This document shows positions 31,086 through 36,623 of a DNA stretch of 36,623 bases, in pieces. Where the stretch lies: the IMG/VR virus record IMGVR_UViG_3300025849_000002; one strand, 5' to 3'. The translations under genes and the position numbers were made by a program. Source of the stretch: a virus. How positions within the stretch are numbered: position 1 is the first letter of the stretch; each line of letters begins with the position of its first letter. The notes under the pieces were generated by a model. It was given only the letters and a program-made list of their open reading frames with translations. It searched no databases and was not told the DNA's origin.

Positions 31086-31982
31086 TAATACGGCAATTGG
31101 ACCCCTGATTATCATATCTCTGCCATGGAAAATCCAGGTTTGGTCATAGATTATACAGTTTTCATAATTTATTATACATTTTGGTCGATTTAATTAACCT
31201 CTCTATCGATGATTATCAACTATCGGACCCAGAATCGAAAAGTTTATTTTTTTGTTCCGAAAAGTTGCCCCTACCTTTACAGCGTCGGAAGACAGGGAGC
31301 GCCCTGCATACGACATACCCCATTGGGGTCATGTATAAAGGGACCGCACACCGAACGACAAAGGTGCCCGTTGAAAGGACGTTCTAGGAACGTTGCGGTA
31401 AAAAGGACGGAACCCCTCCCCGGACCTACAAAATAGGTTAACCTACATGCAAAGTTTGAAGTTCTTTGACGTATTGAGATAATCCAATAATGTGTAAAGT
31501 CTAACTTATTGATTAGGTATTGATTGAGAAGACAGGATGCGGAAACGCGAAGGTGTATAATTCCAAGAAAGGGTTCACCGATACCCCCCCAATTGAGGGA
31601 GTGGGGGGCGAAGTTCCACAAGGTCAATATTGAAAACGGCGCCGCTTTATACTAGGATGGACAGGGCAATCCAAGAAACCCCCGATAGGTACAACACACG
31701 TTTTCCAAGGTTTGCATCCAAGGCCGGTCCTCGAGACTTACGAACCCGATGCAAAAACCCGTTTACAGGTGTACTATACAGACAAGCGTTCTCTATGTGT
31801 AGTCGGAGGTTACCTATCCACGGCAAATTATCTAAGTAAGTAAACGCGATACGGGCCACCCCGGGATTGAGTCAGTATCCGGACTCCGCGTTTACAGGTC
31901 CCGTGTAGACACTTCGGGAGGGTGCAATTCCCTCCGGGACCGCGACGTGGCAAGTTGCCATATCATTAATAAATTCAACATT

Positions 31983-32393
31983 ATGCAGGTTCGCATATAC
32001 CAACCAACCATCGAGGGCGATACGTCCATCGAATCTAGCCTGACCATCAAGTTCGGCACATCCACGAGGAGCCTCAACACGCAACTCGGCACACTACTCA
32101 CGGAAATCTTCGAACGGATGGATTTCTACAAGTCCATGGGTTCACGGCTCTGCACGTGCAATGCCCCCCTGTTGGTCACCTTCAGCACGAAGAATCAGAC
32201 CATAGACCTCGGGTCTATCGACGAGGAGCTCGTCCACAAGCTCAAGCCCTCGTACAATACCAAGGGTCGAATCCGGTATGCTCGACGCATCGTCAAGTCG
32301 GCGAAGTGGATGATTGAGACCCCTGACCGTCTCAACAATACCATCGGTGCCGACGAGCTGATTGCAGGTCTCGAGGCTCAGTTGAAGGACTGA
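31983..32393 (+). CDS. first early-block protein (136 aa), function unknown
   Basis: ATG at 31983 (the track start 31947 is a GTG inside a hairpin). Codon style (ctc, gac, atc, acc) matches the following early genes. Confidence 0.55.
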   Translation: MQVRIYQPTIEGDTSIESSLTIKFGTSTRSLNTQLGTLLTEIFERMDFYKSMGSRLCTCNAPLLVTFSTKNQTIDLGSIDEELVHKLKPSYNTKGRIRYARRIVKSAKWMIETPDRLNNTIGADELIAGLEAQLKD

Positions 32394-32401
32394 TTCTGAC
32401 A

Positions 32402-32455
32402 ATGGTACTTGGAGGGCACAACGTGCCGGGGGGCTCGATTCCCCCCTACCATCCA
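32402..32455 (+). ncRNA. tRNA-like acceptor/T-arm minihelix ending in CCA
   Basis: ATGGTA (32402-07) pairs with TACCAT (32447-52). Internal hairpin GGCAC-AAC-GTGCC. T-arm-like GGGGGG-CTCGATT-CCCCCC abuts the 3' strand, which is followed by CCA (32453-55). Shares TCGATTCCCCCCT with the 8655 element. Confidence 0.4.
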
Positions 32456-32473
32456 ACCCCAAAACAAAACAAC

Positions 32474-32545
32474 ATGTACCACATCATCCTTTTCATCAGC
32501 GTCCCGGCAATCGTCGGGGCGCTCCACCTCTTAAGAAACCTTTAA
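32474..32545 (+). CDS. tiny hydrophobic ORF not in the track (23 aa, MYHIILFISVPAIVGALHLLRNL)
   Basis: Own translation. One TM-like segment. The next ATG follows 1 nt after its stop. Confidence 0.3.
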   Translation: MYHIILFISVPAIVGALHLLRNL

Positions 32546-32546
32546 A

Positions 32547-32678
32547 ATGCCACGTCCACGCATCAAGCGCCGCTCGAATGTTGACCAACGTATCAACGCT
32601 GTACTCAAGCAACTCACCCGACACGAAGTTAAATCCGCACAGATCCGCCTGGACATGCGCAAAATTGCCACATCATGA
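32547..32678 (+). CDS. small basic ORF not in the track (43 aa, MPRPRIKRRSNVDQRINAVLKQLTRHEVKSAQIRLDMRKIATS)
   Basis: Own translation. Its TGA overlaps the ATG of 32675..32887 (ATGA). Confidence 0.4.
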   Translation: MPRPRIKRRSNVDQRINAVLKQLTRHEVKSAQIRLDMRKIATS

Positions 32679-32887
32679 CCACCAATCCCGATTACCTCAA
32701 CACCTCGAACAACTTGCTCAGGCTTCGGCGCTATCAGCGAGCCATCAAGCATCACGATAAGGAATTGTACAGGGAGAACCACGAGTACCTGCTTATCGAA
32801 ACCTTCTTCTCCATGGACTCTAGCAGACGCCACAAGCTCGCAACCGCTTTCCCATGGCTCAACATGCAATACACAACTTGGATTTGA
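32675..32887 (+). CDS. hypothetical protein (70 aa)
   Basis: Coupled ORF in the early chain. Confidence 0.5.
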   Translation: MTTNPDYLNTSNNLLRLRRYQRAIKHHDKELYRENHEYLLIETFFSMDSSRRHKLATAFPWLNMQYTTWI

Positions 32888-32888
32888 C

Positions 32889-33206
32889 ATGAACCCTCTC
32901 AACCCCCGCCCGATGAGCAATCCCAAGCAAATCCAAAAGCAGTTGGCCCGTGAGAAGGCCCACGCGGAACGCATGGCCGCCCCGAACGGCTTCGTCATCT
33001 ACAAGTACTCCTTCAGTGAGATGAAGCGGATGTACGTCAAGTCTATCTCCGACAGCCTGGACTACGTCGATGAGGTCGAGTACACCGAAGAGAAGTCCGA
33101 GGCCCTCGTTCACCCCAACTACGAATCCGCCCGGTGGGACACCGCAGGACGCGACCACCTCGAGTACGTCATCGTCGGCGAGGTCTTCCGCATCGAAAAA
33201 CTTTAA
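32889..33206 (+). CDS. hypothetical protein (105 aa)
   Basis: ATG lies 1 nt after the upstream TGA. Its start region ACATGAACCCTCTCAACCCCCGC is near-duplicated at 33221. Confidence 0.55.
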   Translation: MNPLNPRPMSNPKQIQKQLAREKAHAERMAAPNGFVIYKYSFSEMKRMYVKSISDSLDYVDEVEYTEEKSEALVHPNYESARWDTAGRDHLEYVIVGEVFRIEKL

Positions 33207-33222
33207 CCCCACATTACGAGAC

Positions 33223-33483
33223 ATGAACCTTATGAACCCCCGCACACGTCGGCGCTCATCACCTCTCGACAGGTTGGTGATGCGCAACTCCAATGGCGAG
33301 TACCTCGTCAGCTATCAGAGCAAATTGGGCAACTACTTCTTGGTCAAGAGCGACGACCTCGCCGATGCCCGCAGTTTCACAAGAGTACAACGCCGCTTCA
33401 TCGAGAAAGTTCTCGGATTCACGACAGTCAGATACGGCGATTGTGTACACAACACGACCCCACATTACGACGACCAACGCTAA
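33223..33483 (+). CDS. hypothetical protein (86 aa)
   Basis: ATG 33223 follows the upstream TAA. The track start at 33070 lies inside the previous gene in another frame. Confidence 0.5.
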   Translation: MNLMNPRTRRRSSPLDRLVMRNSNGEYLVSYQSKLGNYFLVKSDDLADARSFTRVQRRFIEKVLGFTTVRYGDCVHNTTPHYDDQR

Positions 33484-33488
33484 TTACT

Positions 33489-33767
33489 ATGTATCAATAC
33501 CGCCCCCTTTTCGTACAGATGGAGCAGAATAACGACGGCTCCGACCGCGTCTTCATCGCAGACCTCGACAGCGAGACCAATGAGCCCTGCGACGGCTTGA
33601 CAATCTCTTACGACTACAGACTCAACACGGCTCGTCAGGTAGCTATCAAGTACCTGAACTCCATTGATGTCTACGTCCACGGCTACACGGTCAACGACGA
33701 CCACTACATCCTGTACATCACAGACTTCGCATTCATCCTCAATAAACCAACCACCTCAAATGGCTAA
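33489..33767 (+). CDS. hypothetical protein (92 aa)
   Basis: ATG 33489 lies 5 nt after the upstream TAA. Confidence 0.55.
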   Translation: MYQYRPLFVQMEQNNDGSDRVFIADLDSETNEPCDGLTISYDYRLNTARQVAIKYLNSIDVYVHGYTVNDDHYILYITDFAFILNKPTTSNG

Positions 33768-34104
33768 AGCAAATGGCCCCCTGGCATACGCCAAGCTGAT
33801 TCAACAGTCGGGCGACATCAGTCCTGTACACTTCGCCTACCTCGTAGGAATCCTCCACACAGCTCTCGAGCATGCCTTCAAAAATCGACAGGCAGAACTT
33901 GACGAGAAGATCCGCGCAGGTGTCAACTACATCGTCAACCCGCACTTCGAGAAGCGCATGATTGAGGAGTTGTACTTCTTGGTCAACCAAGCTCAAGAGC
34001 ACATGGACGGCTCGAAGGGCTCTATCAGCAAAATCAATTACCGCGACCTCTTGCACGAGTACAATCTTGAGGAAGCACGAAAGCAACACCCCCTGAAATC
34101 ATGA
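33760..34104 (+). CDS. hypothetical protein (114 aa)
   Basis: ATG 33760 overlaps the upstream stop by 8 nt. Confidence 0.55.
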   Translation: MAKANGPLAYAKLIQQSGDISPVHFAYLVGILHTALEHAFKNRQAELDEKIRAGVNYIVNPHFEKRMIEELYFLVNQAQEHMDGSKGSISKINYRDLLHEYNLEEARKQHPLKS

Positions 34105-34427
34105 GTAACAAACATCCCGACGGGTACATCCCGAAAATCAAGTATTGGAAGTCACGCCTCGAATCTGCTACGACCTCGTATGACAAGGCAAAGGCAAACT
34201 CAAAGCTCGCCTACTTCGTCACTCAACACACCTCGAAGTACGGGCCTCTCAATACGGAAGAGCTCAGTCCCCCTGATTGGAATACACAAGCCAACTACGA
34301 CAGGCTACGCCGAGAGGGCGGCGGGTCGTTTTACACAGCCCTCATCGACGCCTTCTTCAAGGCTGACAACAACAACAAGCCTCGCCTTGTCAAGGCGTTC
34401 CCCGAAATCTTTATCCCACAATCATGA
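34101..34427 (+). CDS. hypothetical protein (108 aa)
   Basis: ATGA coupling at both ends. Confidence 0.55.
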   Translation: MSNKHPDGYIPKIKYWKSRLESATTSYDKAKANSKLAYFVTQHTSKYGPLNTEELSPPDWNTQANYDRLRREGGGSFYTALIDAFFKADNNNKPRLVKAFPEIFIPQS

Positions 34428-34687
34428 GCACAGACGACTACGACTTCAAAGTCAACGAAATCCTTATCCCGTTCATCATGGACGGTGACAACTCAAACCT
34501 TGTAAACGACGAGCAAGATGAGGTTGAGTCCTTTCTCACGGAGCATGAAATCGAGACCGTCGAGCTCCTGTACAACGGCGAGGACATTGACAAATGCTTT
34601 GCCCGATGCGACATCTCAGGTCTCATGTGCATGACAGTACGCGTCCTGTGTTACAAGCACCGAAACTTTAAACTGACACGAGTATGA
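34424..34687 (+). CDS. hypothetical protein with acidic N-terminal half (87 aa)
   Basis: ATGA coupling at both ends. Confidence 0.55.
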   Translation: MSTDDYDFKVNEILIPFIMDGDNSNLVNDEQDEVESFLTEHEIETVELLYNGEDIDKCFARCDISGLMCMTVRVLCYKHRNFKLTRV

Positions 34688-35088
34688 ACCTCTACTTCGA
34701 ATTCAGCACAATGCAACTCCAATCTGACTTCGTGTACAACGAGCACGAGACCTTCATCGTCCGCTTCCTCGAGGCACAAGGCCTTGAGTTCGAATGTTGG
34801 TCGAGCGGCAACGACGTGTGTAAGTACCTGCATCACCCCGCGTCCGGCTACTGTTTCCACATCCCTAACTCGCACTTATACGACGAGTCAGAGGAGCTCT
34901 TCAATACCTTCTCGATTGCGTGGGACAAGTGGAGCACGGGTCGTGGCATGTACACCTTCCTTGGTATACGACCGCTGCTCGCCCTGCTCAAGTTCGCCCC
35001 TCATATCGACACCGATACTGAGGAGGACATGAACAATTGGGAACGCGCCCTTCAAGATTACATCCAATCACACGACTATGCTAACTGA
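34684..35088 (+). CDS. hypothetical protein (134 aa)
   Basis: ATGA coupling upstream. Confidence 0.55.
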   Translation: MNLYFEFSTMQLQSDFVYNEHETFIVRFLEAQGLEFECWSSGNDVCKYLHHPASGYCFHIPNSHLYDESEELFNTFSIAWDKWSTGRGMYTFLGIRPLLALLKFAPHIDTDTEEDMNNWERALQDYIQSHDYAN

Positions 35089-35089
35089 C

Positions 35090-35419
35090 ATGAACTTCCG
35101 ACGAAGCCTTCAATCCAAACCCAAGTTAGTCGAGGAGCTATGCAACCTCTCGGAAGAGGCACTTGAGTGCATCGGCAGATGTGAATCCAAGGCGGCACAC
35201 ATCACCTCGAATCAGCTGAAAATGTTCTTAGAATTCCTTGACGACGACGACGATTGGTACCTCGATTGGAAAGACATCATAGATTCAATATATGCACAAG
35301 CGAAGTTCGTCACGCGTTATGAGCACGGTCCCAATTGCCGTCGCAAGCAGATGTGGACTAACATAGAGCGCATTTGCTACCTCTTCTACCGCCACTCTCA
35401 AACCCCTCAAGACAAATGA
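35090..35419 (+). CDS. hypothetical protein (109 aa; alternative start 35078)
   Basis: ATG 35090 lies 1 nt after the upstream TGA. Confidence 0.5.
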   Translation: MNFRRSLQSKPKLVEELCNLSEEALECIGRCESKAAHITSNQLKMFLEFLDDDDDWYLDWKDIIDSIYAQAKFVTRYEHGPNCRRKQMWTNIERICYLFYRHSQTPQDK

Positions 35420-35652
35420 AGTACACACCTCAAGACATCGAGAATACAAGGCGCGTCATCCTGGACGAGCTGATTGACGAGATGGTACGCACCTCTCGTG
35501 CAAAGAACCTGCACCCTGTCGATAGGGTCGCCGCACTTCAACTAACCTTAGACCTTGAGGGCATTCGTAATGAGTCCTTCGACTCTGAGTACCGCCACGC
35601 ACAAGCCATGCTTATGGAAGATTCCAATCAAAAACCCAAAGACAATGAGTAA
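35416..35652 (+). CDS. hypothetical protein (78 aa)
   Basis: ATGA coupling upstream. The downstream gene overlaps it by 8 nt. Confidence 0.5.
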   Translation: MKYTPQDIENTRRVILDELIDEMVRTSRAKNLHPVDRVAALQLTLDLEGIRNESFDSEYRHAQAMLMEDSNQKPKDNE

Positions 35653-36277
35653 GCTCAACCTTCTGACGCAGAACAGCAAGATGAAAAAGACCTCCGAGTA
35701 CTTCGGGCTCGGGGTCTACAACTTCACGATTCCTGCACATCGAGACCCGGAGACGGGCCGCACGACCTGTCCTTTCGCCGGGGCATGCAAGTCCTTCTGT
35801 TACGCCAATTGGGAGACCCGATACGGCTACAGCTTCGACGCCTCGAAGGCTGCTTCTGCTCGCAAGTACGAGCTGACCAAGACTGACGACTTCGTAGACG
35901 AGATGGTGTCCGCCATCCGCCGCAAGCGCAAGCTCGACGTGGTCCGCATCCATGACGCCGGCGACTTCTACTCTCCTGAGTACAGAGACAAGTGGCTCGA
36001 GGTCATGCGCGTCTGCGACGACAAGCAATTCTATGCATACACTAAGTCCCTGCCGTTCTTCCGTGACATTGACCTGCCTGACAACTGTAGCATCACCTTC
36101 AGCTTAGGCGGTACGCTCGACGAAACCATCGACTTCGATACCGAGCGCCACTCACGCATATTCGACACAGTTGACGACCTTTTAGAGGCCGGGTACGTGG
36201 ACTGTAGTAAGCACGACCTCTATACAACACACTTTATTTCCCCGGACAATCACCGATCCGGCCTCATCAACCACTAA
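35645..36277 (+). CDS. conserved-looking phage protein with N-terminal Cys cluster (CPFAGACKSFCYA), function unknown
   Basis: 210 aa from ATG 35645. C-x5-C-x3-C motif followed by RIHDAGDFYS. It reminds me of a GP88-like family, but I am not certain. Confidence 0.55.
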   Translation: MSKLNLLTQNSKMKKTSEYFGLGVYNFTIPAHRDPETGRTTCPFAGACKSFCYANWETRYGYSFDASKAASARKYELTKTDDFVDEMVSAIRRKRKLDVVRIHDAGDFYSPEYRDKWLEVMRVCDDKQFYAYTKSLPFFRDIDLPDNCSITFSLGGTLDETIDFDTERHSRIFDTVDDLLEAGYVDCSKHDLYTTHFISPDNHRSGLINH

Positions 36278-36284
36278 TCACACA

Positions 36285-36542
36285 ATGCCTGACCCTAATC
36301 ACATCCCCGGGTACGATGCCTGGAAGACCTCCGGCCCACCCGAACGAGACGAACTGCTCACCACCACAATCCAAATAACAGTAGACATAGAATTCTTACA
36401 TGATAACCCTGATTCTCCTACAGACTGTGCGCAACAAGCGCAAGAAGCAATATCAGAAGCAATACGCACCAAGCTCGGCCTCAACACAGCAGACTTCGAA
36501 GTCAATGTCGAGCTCGCAATACAAGAGACACATGAAGCGTAG
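36285..36542 (+). CDS. hypothetical acidic protein (85 aa)
   Basis: ATG-initiated ORF, Asp/Glu-rich. Ends in TAG overlapped by the next small ORF. Confidence 0.55.
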   Translation: MPDPNHIPGYDAWKTSGPPERDELLTTTIQITVDIEFLHDNPDSPTDCAQQAQEAISEAIRTKLGLNTADFEVNVELAIQETHEA

Positions 36543-36615
36543 CTCTTACTTCTGTGCAGCCTTTGGCCTCGTTGGCCTCGCCTTATGCATGCTCTATCTA
36601 ATCATTACAGCTTGA
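36532..36615 (+). CDS. tiny membrane ORF (27 aa, MKRSSYFCAAFGLVGLALCMLYLIITA) spanning the contig junction
   Basis: Own reading of the ATG inside track ORF 36400..36615. It overlaps the upstream TAG by 11 nt. Its 3' part is the terminal repeat. Confidence 0.35.
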   Translation: MKRSSYFCAAFGLVGLALCMLYLIITA

Positions 36616-36623
36616 GGAATTTG
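36561..36623. repeat. 63-bp terminal direct repeat, identical to 1..63
   Basis: Exact match read directly. Confidence 0.9.

Larger units (their letters stand above)
30490..31200. other. AT-rich ORF-free segment with many TATAAT-like hexamers and TTTCGTC(G/T)AT / TTGGTC motifs (possible unwinding or promoter region)
   Basis: Visibly AT-rich compared with the rest of the genome. Only short, low-quality ORFs. Confidence 0.5.

Noticed and set aside
31277-31859. Short ORFs on both strands in the control region (31277..31627 -, 31630..31839 +, 31647..31859 -)
   Set aside because: They overlap each other, have unusual composition, and do not share the codon style of either gene block. The region is better treated as non-coding.
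32531-33293. 155-aa and 144-aa - strand ORFs
   Set aside because: They are antisense to a chain of coupled + strand early genes in a GC3-rich block. The translations are Arg/Gly/Leu-rich and have no start-stop coupling.

Overview
The window is a complete, circularly closed tailed-phage genome. Bases 1-63 are identical to 36561-36623, so the unique length is 36,560 bp. The morphogenesis genes are HK97/siphovirus-type.

Layout:
- A + strand early/replication block starts near 31,983, crosses the contig junction and ends at 8,524. It holds about 45 short ORFs, most linked by ATGA/TAATG start-stop overlaps. Recognisable products are a C5 DNA methyltransferase, a Myb/SANT-like HTH protein, a DUF3127-type SSB-like protein ending in EDDLPF, an SF3 (P4/D5-like) helicase-primase and a metallophosphoesterase.
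- A - strand late block runs 29,974 to 8,815. In order it encodes HNH endonuclease, a small DUF3168-like ORF, TerS, TerL, portal, a prohead-protease/major-capsid fusion, connector proteins, two tandem tail-tube paralogs, G/GT tail chaperones with an A9 slippery run, tape measure, a 1,444-aa baseplate/fibre protein, an RCC1-like propeller protein, a holin candidate, an amidase endolysin and a VRR-NUC nuclease.
- The blocks diverge from an ORF-poor control region of about 2 kb (29,975-31,980). They converge at 8,525-8,814.

I found no integrase, complete tRNA, rRNA, CRISPR array or reverse transcriptase. The SSB-like family suggests a Bacteroidota host, but that is only an inference.

Most interesting observations:
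1. An in-frame TAG lies between the second tube-protein paralog and a Gly-linker plus 285-aa domain. This is a candidate programmed readthrough.
2. The methyltransferase locus has two stop-free overlapping frames, and each carries different methyltransferase-type motifs.
3. Two acceptor/T-arm tRNA-like minihelices share the core TCGATTCCCCCCT.
4. The control region carries three distinct repeat systems: ten GGGAGAC boxes, a phased array of 18-bp TGTAGGA-N4-TCCTACA palindromes with a distal perfect copy, and nested TTTCGTC(G/T)AT inverted repeats.
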